Positions 28,539-39,858 of a stretch of 64,000 bases of DNA are shown one piece after another. A model generated the notes under the pieces. The model did no database searches. It was not told the DNA's origin and saw nothing but the letters and a program-made list of their open reading frames with translations. Both the position numbers and the translations under genes were made by a program. Each line of letters begins with the position of its first letter. The stretch's first letter is position 1. This DNA comes from Candidatus Levyibacteriota bacterium (GTDB lineage Bacteria > Patescibacteriota > Microgenomatia > Levybacterales > UBA12049): assembly GCA_027334565.1 (NCBI GenBank), contig DAHWUP010000004.1, positions 15,138 through 79,137 of the forward strand, written 5' to 3'.

Positions 28539-28610
28539 TACCAACGGCTGGATTCGAACCAGCGACTTGACGCTTATGAAACGTCCGCTCTACCCCTGAG
28601 CTACGTTGGC
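28539..28610 (-). tRNA. tRNA-Met/Ile2-type (anticodon CAU), G1-U72 wobble
   Basis: Hand-fold: GCCAACG acceptor pairing CGTTGGT, GCTC/GAGC D stem, GACGT-TTCATAA-GCGTC anticodon arm, GCTGG-TTCGAAT-CCAGC T-arm, discriminator A. Confidence 0.75.
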
Positions 28611-29288
28611 GTAATCAATTTGGGATAATCCTTCTAATAACCCCATAATTTTACCATAAATCCTTGAAGGCTGCTGGACCCGGACTATAAGCGTACCATA
28701 ATACTCGTTATAATTGGCATATATTTTTTTATTCTGTGCTTTTCTGAATACAGTTTTATTAAAGCGATTTATTGGAATTCCGGTTAACTCCGACCAATAC
28801 CTTTTAATAATAGTATCCCGTTTCTTGTGGATGAGATTAATGCCGACATAACAATATATATCTTTATAATTAATATTTAGGCATTTCTGAAGCCACAAAA
28901 TGAAAAATTTTACTAATTTTGGATCAGAATTACACAGTTCTATTTTTCTTCCTTTTTTGCTTCCTTCTCCCCAATATAAAGCAATACCTGCTATTAACAT
29001 TTCTCTGTTTGTAAGCTTACCGATTTCTTTTATCCCCTGATTCTTATTTTTTTCAAAATTTTTTAACCATCTCTCCTTTTGTAATAATGCACTTTTTAAT
29101 CTGCCGCGCTCTGACCCTAATATGCTTGATTTTCTTAGGTGCTCTAATTGTTCAACCGTTAAAATAATATCCCTTACCCAAATACTTGCTGAGCTTTTAG
29201 ATACCCCGAGTTTTAAAGCAATTTCCTTTACGCTTTTGCCCCGTTTTCGCATCTGACGCGCCTTAATTCTCAATGAATATTTTGCCAT
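28590..29288 (-). CDS. HTH-domain protein with LAGLIDADG-like motif (putative homing endonuclease), paralog of 307-960
   Basis: 232 aa. HTH-like KEIALKLGVSKSSASIWVRD. LIAGIALYWGEGSKKG (LAGLIDADG-like). CNSDPKL and YWSELTGIP blocks shared with the 307-960 ORF. Stop codon lies 21 nt inside the 5' end of tRNA-Met. Adjacent to a group I intron-like RNA. Confidence 0.45.
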   Translation of the reverse strand: MAKYSLRIKARQMRKRGKSVKEIALKLGVSKSSASIWVRDIILTVEQLEHLRKSSILGSERGRLKSALLQKERWLKNFEKNKNQGIKEIGKLTNREMLIAGIALYWGEGSKKGRKIELCNSDPKLVKFFILWLQKCLNINYKDIYCYVGINLIHKKRDTIIKRYWSELTGIPINRFNKTVFRKAQNKKIYANYNEYYGTLIVRVQQPSRIYGKIMGLLEGLSQIDYANVAQG

Positions 29289-29469
29289 ATGAACGAACAG
29301 TAATATTAGTTAATATTTATATTATAACGTCGGTTTGTTTAATTTGTCAAAGCTGTTTTCATTGCTTATTGTTCTTAATTTTGTTAAAATATCAATACAC
29401 GCGGGGTAGTGTACAGTGCACATGAGGCTTAATAATGGGCCGTTTTAATAGTAATATTAGAATAGAATC

Positions 29470-29700
29470 TGGCTATATCGGTGAACCCCTAGCGTTTAGG
29501 GTAACACCGAGGGAAGTCGAAATCTAAAATTGAGATCCCGTAGAGACTACACGCCAGACATCCTGAGTTTATCTAAGGATGATGATATAGTCCGACACTC
29601 TAGGTAACTGGAGAAACAGGAGGCATAATCTCATAGGCTAGGCGCAACTCCTAGCCCCGCAACATCGAAAATTTAGCCTCAGATTTGACATTTTTCTTCG
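29470..29700 (+). ncRNA. group I intron-like ribozyme core (approximate boundaries)
   Basis: R element UAGAGACUACA (29541-29551) and S element GAUAUAGUCC (29584-29593), nearly identical to the group I consensus (..CAGAGACUACA / AAGAUAUAGUCC) and to Tetrahymena (GAUAUAGUCGGAC). P8-like hairpin CAUCCU..AGGAUG between them. GGGAAG / UCCCG P4-like pairing upstream. P9-like hairpin GGCUAGG-CGCAACU-CCUAGCC downstream. Confidence 0.5.
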
Positions 29701-29719
29701 GTTTTCAGATGATTAGTTT

Positions 29720-30379
29720 ATGCTTGAAGAATTTAAATTAAAACACCCAGTAAGATATAAATATCTTTTTACTGTAACTACATTTTCAAAATACCTCGCT
29801 TTATCAATGTTTATTATTTTTCCTATTATTGGATTTTATTTGGGTATGAAATATCAAGAGCAATTATCTTCAAACAAACTGGTTGAAGCTCAAAATTCCA
29901 CAATTTATAAAGTTACTCCTACTTTATCACCAAATTTAATAACTCAAGACTGGCAAGTCTATATAAATAAAAGTTATAATTACACGTTTAAAGTTCCCAA
30001 AGATTGGATAATTAAAGGAGAAAGTAGTGACAACGTTATTTTTGTTAACTCTTCCGATATTAAATATTTTAATGATACTCAACAATTACCACATCTTAGT
30101 AAAGGAAATCAACTAGAGGTGGTCATAACTGCGGACAATTCTTACACACGCGCAGAACCAGTTGAGAGTTATTTTGTAAACCCCGGAAAGGAGATCTTGT
30201 TAGATGGAGAAAAAGGAATGTTATGGACGACCGATAAGGCATATAATTATCAAGGACAAATGGGTTATGAATTAAGAGTTTTTCACAAAGGAAATGGTTA
30301 CTTTATATATATGCTTAGTGCTTCTCCACAAGATTTACTTTTTAATCAAATTCTATCAACTTTTAAGTTTACAAATTAG
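29720..30379 (+). CDS. hypothetical single-TM protein
   Basis: 219-aa ORF with one N-terminal TM helix; no recognisable motif. Confidence 0.4.
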   Translation: MLEEFKLKHPVRYKYLFTVTTFSKYLALSMFIIFPIIGFYLGMKYQEQLSSNKLVEAQNSTIYKVTPTLSPNLITQDWQVYINKSYNYTFKVPKDWIIKGESSDNVIFVNSSDIKYFNDTQQLPHLSKGNQLEVVITADNSYTRAEPVESYFVNPGKEILLDGEKGMLWTTDKAYNYQGQMGYELRVFHKGNGYFIYMLSASPQDLLFNQILSTFKFTN

Positions 30380-30452
30380 CATAAAAAGTTTTAACTTTGT
30401 CTATTATCTCCAGCCTTAAACCAGGTTATAATTTCTTCCAATCCCCGCAACA

Positions 30453-30492
30453 AATTAAAAAATAGGTAAGCGACCGCTTCCGGCAGCTTACC
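30453..30492 (-). terminator. intrinsic terminator (minus strand) downstream of small ORF 30516-30713
   Basis: GGTAAGC-14 nt loop-GCTTACC hairpin followed on the minus strand by UAUUUUUUAAUU. Confidence 0.45.
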
Positions 30493-30515
30493 ACAAAACG
30501 TTTCAGATTAAAGTT

Positions 30516-30713
30516 TTACGCTTTTTCCGCTTTCCTTTCTTCCCAAACAACAACTCCAGATACATCATGTCCCAGCTCTTCCAACACAAGTTTTATACGT
30601 GGATCTTTTGAACTTTTAATGTCAGGTATAAACCTTGTGATTTGACTCAAATCGTAATCTATTCTTGGGACACCTTGCTCTACAGTCATTTGTACGCCTT
30701 GTTCTGCTGTCAA
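30516..30713 (-). CDS. small protein (65 aa, TTG start; or 57 aa from the internal ATG)
   Basis: Strong SD GGGGGUGA 5 nt upstream of TTG. N-terminal tandem TAEQGVQ/TVEQGVP. Terminator-like hairpins on both sides on the minus strand. Confidence 0.3.
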   Translation of the reverse strand: MTAEQGVQMTVEQGVPRIDYDLSQITRFIPDIKSSKDPRIKLVLEELGHDVSGVVVWEERKAEKA

Positions 30714-30736
30714 TTAGCTCACCCCCTTTCCCATAT

Positions 30737-30756
30737 AAAAAAAAGCCTTACGGCTC
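30737..30756 (-). terminator. short GNRA-loop hairpin plus U8 (minus strand) immediately upstream of small ORF
   Basis: Minus strand reads AGCC-GUAA-GGCU followed by UUUUUUUU. Confidence 0.35.
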
Positions 30757-30907
30757 TTTATAATTAAAAGATAAATATTTTAAACGCCCTTTTCTAAAGA
30801 AAATCCAGGTTAACAACTTCATGCCCCCTGGAATCCCAGTTTACCGCCAAACAATTATAGTTGTCAATATTTGATTTGAAAACTCCGGTTAAGCACTCGA
30901 TTTAAGC

Positions 30908-30935
30908 TTGGTATACTCAAAAGCCGTAGTATAAT
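30908..30935 (+). promoter_or_regulatory. sigma70-like promoter TTGGTA-N16-TATAAT for murI, predicting a leaderless transcript
   Basis: The -10 ends 6 nt before the murI ATG at 30942, so the predicted TSS falls at or next to the start codon. Confidence 0.4.
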
Positions 30936-30941
30936 AGCCAC

Positions 30942-31717
30942 ATGGATCAACCGATAGGTATCATTGACTCGGGCGTGGGAGGGTTGACAATTTCCAATGC
31001 AATAATCAAAGAGTTACCCCACGAATCAATCATTTATCTTGCCGATTCAAAAAATTGTCCGTATGGGGGTAAGTCTTCCCGACAGATTTTCCGCTTGACA
31101 GAAAAAATGGTCGAGTTCTTGCTTGCCAAAGACATAAAATTATTGGTAGTGGCCTGCAATACTATAACGGTCACGTCCATTGACAAATTAAGGGAGGTTT
31201 ATCCGCAAATTCCGATTATCGGTATCGTACCGGTAATTAAAACCGCGGCAAAAAAATCCAAAAATAAGAAAATCGGCGTTTTCTCAACCAAGGCAACCGC
31301 AAAAAGTAACTATCAAAAAAATTTAATTGATAAATATTTACAAGGTTACGAAGTAATAAACATTGGTTCTTCGGCTCTTGTTCCCCTGATTGAGAAGTTG
31401 GATTTTGAAAACGCGGAAAAGGTGCTTAAAAAGGAACTGACGGTTTTTAGGATCGCTCGGGTCGACACCCTGGCTTTGGGTTGTTCGCATTTTCCGCTGA
31501 TCAAAAAATTGATTCAAAAAAACTTGAAAAAAGTTACGGTCTTGGATTCATCCAGGGCAGTTACCAGGCAGGTTAAAAGGGTCTTATCAAACAACAAGAT
31601 TCTTTCAAAGTCGCAAAATCCAAGCTATAATTTTTATACGACGGCTAGGCCGGAAACACTCAATTTTTTCGTCAATAAATTGACAAAGCAGGGAAAAACT
31701 GAGAGAATTTCGCTTCG

Positions 31718-31721
<4 letters not shown>
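30942..31721 (+). CDS. murI: glutamate racemase
   Basis: DSGVGGLT, VVACNT and LGCSHFP motifs. Confidence 0.85.
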
Positions 31722-34193
<2,472 letters not shown>

Positions 34194-34205
34194 TAAGATA
34201 AGTTT

Positions 34206-35207
34206 ATGAGTAAAGTTGTTTTTTCCGGAATTCAGCCCAGCGGAAATTTGCACATCGGAAATTATATCGGAGCAATTTCGCAATGGGTTAAATTGCAGGA
34301 TTTGACCGAGAGCATTTTTTGCATTGTCGATCTACATGCAATTACCGTGCCCCAAGACCCAAAAGTTTTAAGGGATAAAGTGCTGGAAGTGGCTGCTTTA
34401 TATCTTGCTTGCGGTATCGACCCTAAAAAATCTCATATCTTCATTCAGAGTGAAAATCCAAATCATTCGTATCTTGCGTGGGTTTTAAATACAATTGCGC
34501 CGTTTGGGCAATTGGAACGAATGACCCAATGGAAGGAAAAGTCTGTAAAACATGAAGAAAATGCGGGACTTTTTGACTATCCTGTTTTAATGGCCTCGGA
34601 CATTCTTTTGTACCAAACCGACGAGGTTCCGGTCGGAGAGGATCAGAAGCAGCATATCGAACTGACCAGGGACTTGGCTGAGAGATTCAACAAAAGGTTC
34701 GGAGAGACCTTTAAGCTTCCCGTTCCCGTCATTCAAAAAGAGACGGCAAGGATCATGAGTTTGCAAAATCCGGCGGCGAAGATGTCAAAATCGGACAACG
34801 ATCCTTTGGGAACCATTAATATTCTGGATACGGAAGAGCAAATAAGAGAAAAAGTCAAAAAAGCAGTAACTGACTCTGACCCCAGTGTTTTAAAAATGCA
34901 TGAACACATGAATTTTATGATGGAAGAGCATCAAGGAATAGGAAATCTACTAACTATTTACGCAGCCTTCAAAGGATATAATTTTCATGATGCATGGAAA
35001 GAAAATTCTGATAAATCTTACCAAGATTTCAAGGATGGCTTGGCAAATTTATTAATTTTTGAATTGGCAAAAATTCAAAAAAGATATAATGAAATAAGAA
35101 ATGGTGAAAAGGCTTTAAGAAAAATTTTGGATGAAGGAAGAAATTATGCATTGGAAAAATCTTCCGTTACTCTTCGAAAGGTTAAAGAAAAAGTCGGACT
35201 AATTTAA
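34206..35207 (+). CDS. trpS: tryptophanyl-tRNA synthetase
   Basis: HIGNYIGA (HIGH) and KMSKS motifs; 333 aa. Confidence 0.85.
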   Translation: MSKVVFSGIQPSGNLHIGNYIGAISQWVKLQDLTESIFCIVDLHAITVPQDPKVLRDKVLEVAALYLACGIDPKKSHIFIQSENPNHSYLAWVLNTIAPFGQLERMTQWKEKSVKHEENAGLFDYPVLMASDILLYQTDEVPVGEDQKQHIELTRDLAERFNKRFGETFKLPVPVIQKETARIMSLQNPAAKMSKSDNDPLGTINILDTEEQIREKVKKAVTDSDPSVLKMHEHMNFMMEEHQGIGNLLTIYAAFKGYNFHDAWKENSDKSYQDFKDGLANLLIFELAKIQKRYNEIRNGEKALRKILDEGRNYALEKSSVTLRKVKEKVGLI

Positions 35208-35234
35208 TTCTACAATCTTTTATTTAGCTTCAAA

Positions 35235-37118
35235 TTGTGTTATACTTTCCAAGTTATGCCGGCCATTAAGAAACCCAAAAAAATAAAACAGTTTAAAGTC
35301 AAGATGAATTTTTCTTGGAAGAATCTCTTGATCTATGCCTTCCTGATCATATTTACCGGGTTTGTTTTTTTCGGTATAAGTAGCCCAAATGCAATAAATG
35401 CTCCTACTGTCAAAACGGTTCCCCTGTCACAGCTTATACGTGACGTTAAGGACGGTAAAGTATCTACCCTGAACGTCTATTCGGACAAAATTGACGCGGT
35501 GGAAAAATCCGTCACGCTTGAAAGCACTAAAGAAACCAACGCCGACGTCTATCAATTGTTCAAAAACGCCGGCGTTTCGCTTGGTAAAACCAACGTGGTG
35601 ATCAAAGATGACACGACCTTAAATAATTGGATCAGTCTGCTGTTCTCCTCGATATTGCCGATCATTTTGATGGTCGCCTTTTTCTGGTTTATCTTCAGGC
35701 AGGCAAGAGGCGCACAAGATAGCATTTTTTCTTTCGGCAAATCGTCGGCAAGGGTTTTCAACAAAGATAATCCCCAGGTCACGTTTACGGATGTCGCCGG
35801 GGTCGATGAAGCGAAGCAGGAACTGACCGAGGTGGTAGATTTCTTGAAAAACCCGGGAAAATACAAAGCTATGGGTGCAAGAACCCCCAAAGGGGTTTTA
35901 ATGGTAGGCCCTTCCGGTACGGGCAAAACACTTCTGGCAAGGGCGACTGCCGGGGAAGCCGGAGTGCCCTTTTTTTCCATGGCGGGAAGCGAATTCATGG
36001 AGATGCTGGTCGGCGTAGGTGCGTCGAGGGTCAGGGATTTGTTCCAAACGGCGAAAAAAGCTCAACCGGCAATAATTTTTATCGACGAAGTTGATGCCAT
36101 CGGAAGACAGCGCGGTGTAGGTTTTATGGGCGGGCACGACGAAAGAGAGCAAACCTTAAATCAGATCCTGGTGGAGATGGACGGTTTTTCTCCGACTGAA
36201 CAATTAGTTGTGATCGCGGCAACCAATCGTCCCGATGTATTGGACCCGGCGCTAATTAGGCCCGGAAGATTTGACAGGCGGGTAGTTTTGGAGCTTCCAG
36301 ATGTAAACGGTAGAAAAAATATTTTGGCGATCCATGCACGGGGTAAGCCTTTTGCCCAAAACGTAGACTGGGAAAAAGTTGCAAAGAGAACGGTCGGTTT
36401 CTCGGGAGCGGATTTGGAAAACATGTTGAACGAGGCTGCAATTTTAGCCGCGCGCTTGGGTAAAAAATCTATCGACATGTCCGATTTGGAAGAGGCGGCC
36501 ACTAAGGTAAAACTGGGCCCGGAGAAAAAACGTCTACAGTCCGAGGAAGACAGAAGAATGACCGCCTATCATGAAGCCGGACACGCACTGGTTTCCTGGT
36601 TTATGCCTCACATGGACCCGGTTCACCGCATCTCAATCGTTTCAAGAGGAATGTCTCTGGGACATACGATGATGGAGCCGATGGATAGGCTGCATGAGAC
36701 CAAGACTCATCTTCTTGAGCAGATTTCGGTGATGCTTGGAGGAAGAGCGGCGGAAAGTCTGATATTTAAAGAAATGACCACCGGAGCGTCGGATGATATC
36801 GCCAAAGCAACCGAAGTTGCCAGAACAATGGTAGTAGAGTATGGGATGAGCGATCTGGGACCGATAAACTTTGATACCCAATCACATATGCCTTATGAGC
36901 AGGTTACGATTTCTCCGGATATGGCCGCCAAGGTGGACGAACAGGTAAAAAAGATCACAGACGAGGCTTATAAAAATGCGATCGAGGTACTTAGAAAACT
37001 TAAGGAAAAACTCGATCTTTTGGCGGAAGAGTTATTGAAAAAAGAGACCATCGAGTCGGAGGAGTTCGAAAGAATAGTCGGCCCCAAAAAACCGGCACTT
37101 GCAACCGTAAGTGTATAA
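35235..37118 (+). CDS. ftsH: ATP-dependent zinc metalloprotease FtsH
   Basis: GPSGTGKT Walker A, AAA SRH, HEAGHAL zinc motif, two N-terminal TM helices. Confidence 0.9.
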   Translation: MCYTFQVMPAIKKPKKIKQFKVKMNFSWKNLLIYAFLIIFTGFVFFGISSPNAINAPTVKTVPLSQLIRDVKDGKVSTLNVYSDKIDAVEKSVTLESTKETNADVYQLFKNAGVSLGKTNVVIKDDTTLNNWISLLFSSILPIILMVAFFWFIFRQARGAQDSIFSFGKSSARVFNKDNPQVTFTDVAGVDEAKQELTEVVDFLKNPGKYKAMGARTPKGVLMVGPSGTGKTLLARATAGEAGVPFFSMAGSEFMEMLVGVGASRVRDLFQTAKKAQPAIIFIDEVDAIGRQRGVGFMGGHDEREQTLNQILVEMDGFSPTEQLVVIAATNRPDVLDPALIRPGRFDRRVVLELPDVNGRKNILAIHARGKPFAQNVDWEKVAKRTVGFSGADLENMLNEAAILAARLGKKSIDMSDLEEAATKVKLGPEKKRLQSEEDRRMTAYHEAGHALVSWFMPHMDPVHRISIVSRGMSLGHTMMEPMDRLHETKTHLLEQISVMLGGRAAESLIFKEMTTGASDDIAKATEVARTMVVEYGMSDLGPINFDTQSHMPYEQVTISPDMAAKVDEQVKKITDEAYKNAIEVLRKLKEKLDLLAEELLKKETIESEEFERIVGPKKPALATVSV

Positions 37119-37133
37119 GATTATCATTAGCTT

Positions 37134-37772
37134 ATGGAGCCAAGAAAAAGCTTGACTTTTTCCAAGAAAGAGGCGATCAATTTCGGCTTCTACACGGTAA
37201 AAAATAATTTATTTTATTTTATCTCCCTTTTCGTAGTCGTATTGCTTGTCTATGCCGCGATGGGAATTCTTCAGGCTGTTTTTACGTTCGGACACAATTT
37301 TTTATTGCTTATAATTGTAGTCATTTTAAGGATAGCAGTTAGTCTTATCATTTCAATGGGATTGATAAAAATAACATTAGAATTCGTAGATAAGAAGAAA
37401 CCCCAATTGTCGGACCTTTTTTATACAAAATCACTGTTGAACTTCTTCCTGGTGAACCTTATTAAAGGTTTTATTGTTTTTATCGGTTTAATTTTGTTGG
37501 TTATCCCCGGAATAATCTTTTCGATAAAATTGCAGTTTGCGGAGTATCTGGTAATAGATAAAAATAAAAGCGTTGTTGACGCTTTAAACGGTTCATGGGA
37601 GATGACAAAAGGCGTTAAGTGGAACCTGTTTTTGTTCGGAATATTATTATTTTTGATAAATGTTTTGGGGTTTGTCCTTCTTTTGGTCGGTTTGCTTTTT
37701 ACGGTTCCTCTTACAATGGTTGCCGAAGCCTTTGTCTTCAGAAAGCTTCTTAGCCAATCAAGCCTCAAATAA
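37134..37772 (+). CDS. polytopic membrane protein (hypothetical; DUF975/GPDPase-membrane-like)
   Basis: 212 aa with 5-6 predicted TM helices. Confidence 0.35.
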   Translation: MEPRKSLTFSKKEAINFGFYTVKNNLFYFISLFVVVLLVYAAMGILQAVFTFGHNFLLLIIVVILRIAVSLIISMGLIKITLEFVDKKKPQLSDLFYTKSLLNFFLVNLIKGFIVFIGLILLVIPGIIFSIKLQFAEYLVIDKNKSVVDALNGSWEMTKGVKWNLFLFGILLFLINVLGFVLLLVGLLFTVPLTMVAEAFVFRKLLSQSSLK

Positions 37773-37786
37773 GCTATAATCAGCAT

Positions 37787-38713
37787 ATGAAGAAATTGGT
37801 TTTAATCGACGGAAATGCCATCATTCACCGTGCTTATCATGCGCTGCCGCCATTAAACGACAGAAAGGGTCAACCTACCAACGCTGTTTATGGATTTTTC
37901 TCGATGCTTTTTAAGATCATTCAGGATCTTCGCCCCGAGAATCTGATCGTCTGTTTTGATAAAAAGGCACCGACTTTTAGAAAACAAATGTATGTCGGAT
38001 ACCAGGCAAAAAGACCGAAAATGTCGGACGATCTGGTTCCTCAGATCGAGGTGGTACACCGGGTTTTGGATGCCGCCAAAATTGTCCATTTCGGGATTGA
38101 CGGCTACGAAGCGGACGATTTGATCGGAACCTTATCCAAACAAGGGGTTGAAGCTGGCATGGAAGTAATCATTGTCTCCGGCGACAGAGACTTGTTGCAA
38201 TTGGTTAACTCTCATGTTCTGATACTCGCTCCCGTTACCGGAATAACCAATATGACATTGTTTGACGAGAATAAAATTAAAGAAAAATACTCACTCACCC
38301 CTAAACAAATCATCGATTATAAAGCACTTGCCGGTGATTCTTCGGATAACTACCCGGGCGTTTCCGGAATCGGACCGAAAACCGCCTCCGATCTGTTGAA
38401 TGAATATCATGATCTTGAAAATTTATATGCCCATCTTTCAAAACTTCCAAACAATCTATCGGAAAAACTGGCAGAGGACGCCGAAGCCGCGGCATTGGCA
38501 AAGAAACTGGCGACTATTATCACGGATGCACCTTTATCGTTTAACGAAGAAGACTGTATGGTATCGAGGATCGACAGCACCGGTTTAAAGAAAGAATTTG
38601 AAAAGTTAAATTTTAACAGTCTTTTAAAAAGGCTTCCCCAACTTGAGCCGAAAACGGTTGTTGATAATAAATCGAAGGACAAAAAAAGCGATAACCAGAT
38701 GAGCTTGTTATGA
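37787..38713 (+). CDS. 5'-3' exonuclease (Pol I N-terminal/FEN-like, stand-alone)
   Basis: LVLIDGNAIIHRAYHALPPL, GYEADDLIGT, H3TH region GDSSDNYPGVSGIGPKTA. Confidence 0.8.
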   Translation: MKKLVLIDGNAIIHRAYHALPPLNDRKGQPTNAVYGFFSMLFKIIQDLRPENLIVCFDKKAPTFRKQMYVGYQAKRPKMSDDLVPQIEVVHRVLDAAKIVHFGIDGYEADDLIGTLSKQGVEAGMEVIIVSGDRDLLQLVNSHVLILAPVTGITNMTLFDENKIKEKYSLTPKQIIDYKALAGDSSDNYPGVSGIGPKTASDLLNEYHDLENLYAHLSKLPNNLSEKLAEDAEAAALAKKLATIITDAPLSFNEEDCMVSRIDSTGLKKEFEKLNFNSLLKRLPQLEPKTVVDNKSKDKKSDNQMSLL

Positions 38714-39858
38714 CAAATGGCAAAGACGCGAGCCTGAAAATAGCCTTGGTACACGACTATATCAAAGAATTCGGAGGAGCGGAACGAGTTCTTAAAGCAC
38801 TAAGCGAGATATATCCCGATGCGCCGATTTATACCGCTTTTTGCGACAAGCGGTCGAGCGCCTACGAACAGTTTAAAAATAGGGAAATCATAACCTCCTG
38901 GTTTCAGTATTTGCCTTTTTACGCAAAACTTGCCAGTCCTTTAAGGTTTTTAACGCCTTTGATTTGGGGAAGCTTTGATTTTTCGAAATACGATATGGTT
39001 ATATCCTCGGCCAGTTGGTACATCACTAAAGGATTCGGTCGGAAGAATTCCGGGAGGAACAATCCGCTTGAAATTTGTTATTGTCATACTCCTCCCCGCT
39101 GGCTTTACGGATATCAAACGTCGGTCAATTTTAAAAAGCATTGGCCGGTCAGGATATATGCTTTAATTGTCGGACATTTCCTAAGATTGTATGATTTCCA
39201 AAGGGCACAAAAAGTGGATTATTTTATTGCCAACTCAAATGAAGTTTTACAAAGGATTAAGAAATTTTACCGAAGGGACGCAATTGTAATTTACCCACCG
39301 GTAAACGATATTTTTAAACCCCAAGATTCAAAAGTTAAACTTTCCAAAGATTACTATTTTATCGTCTCAAGGATCGTTGGAGCCAAAGGATTAGAGCTCG
39401 CGGTTGAAGCGGCCATAAAGCGTGGGTTCATACTAAAGATAGCCGGATCATCAGCGGGATACTATTCCATGCAGCAAAGCTTAGTTAAAAACGCACGGGG
39501 AAAAGTCGAGTTTTTGGGACAAGTCGGCGATAGGGAACTCGTAAAGTTATACCAAGGCGCAAAAGCTTTCCTCGCTTTGGCAAAAGAAGAGGATTTCGGC
39601 ATCACGCCTTTGGAGGCGCAAGCCTGCGGCACTCCTGTTATCGCTTTTAACGGTGGCGGATATAAAGAAAGTGTTGTTTCCAAAAAGACAGGGGTTCTTT
39701 TTGACGACTATTCGGTTTACGGATTGATAGAAGCGATTGAAAAATTTGAAAATTTAAAAATTAACAGCAGTGATTGTATTGAGCAAGCGAAAAAATTTTC
39801 AAAAATTAGGTTTAAAAAGGAAATAAAAGAATTTGTCGCGTCAAAGTCTAAGAATTAA
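38710..39858 (+). CDS. glycosyltransferase family 4 (GT-B)
   Basis: EDFGITPLEAQACGTPVIA motif; 382 aa. Confidence 0.75.
   Translation: MTNGKDASLKIALVHDYIKEFGGAERVLKALSEIYPDAPIYTAFCDKRSSAYEQFKNREIITSWFQYLPFYAKLASPLRFLTPLIWGSFDFSKYDMVISSASWYITKGFGRKNSGRNNPLEICYCHTPPRWLYGYQTSVNFKKHWPVRIYALIVGHFLRLYDFQRAQKVDYFIANSNEVLQRIKKFYRRDAIVIYPPVNDIFKPQDSKVKLSKDYYFIVSRIVGAKGLELAVEAAIKRGFILKIAGSSAGYYSMQQSLVKNARGKVEFLGQVGDRELVKLYQGAKAFLALAKEEDFGITPLEAQACGTPVIAFNGGGYKESVVSKKTGVLFDDYSVYGLIEAIEKFENLKINSSDCIEQAKKFSKIRFKKEIKEFVASKSKN

Noticed and set aside
28539-29719. Group I intron inserted in the anticodon loop of tRNA-Met (as in cyanobacterial tRNA-fMet/tRNA-Leu introns)
   Set aside because: The tRNA-Met at 28539-28610 folds as an intact, uninterrupted tRNA and lies on the opposite strand from the ribozyme core; no tRNA half-molecules (D-arm or T-arm motifs) flank the intron-like region on the plus strand.
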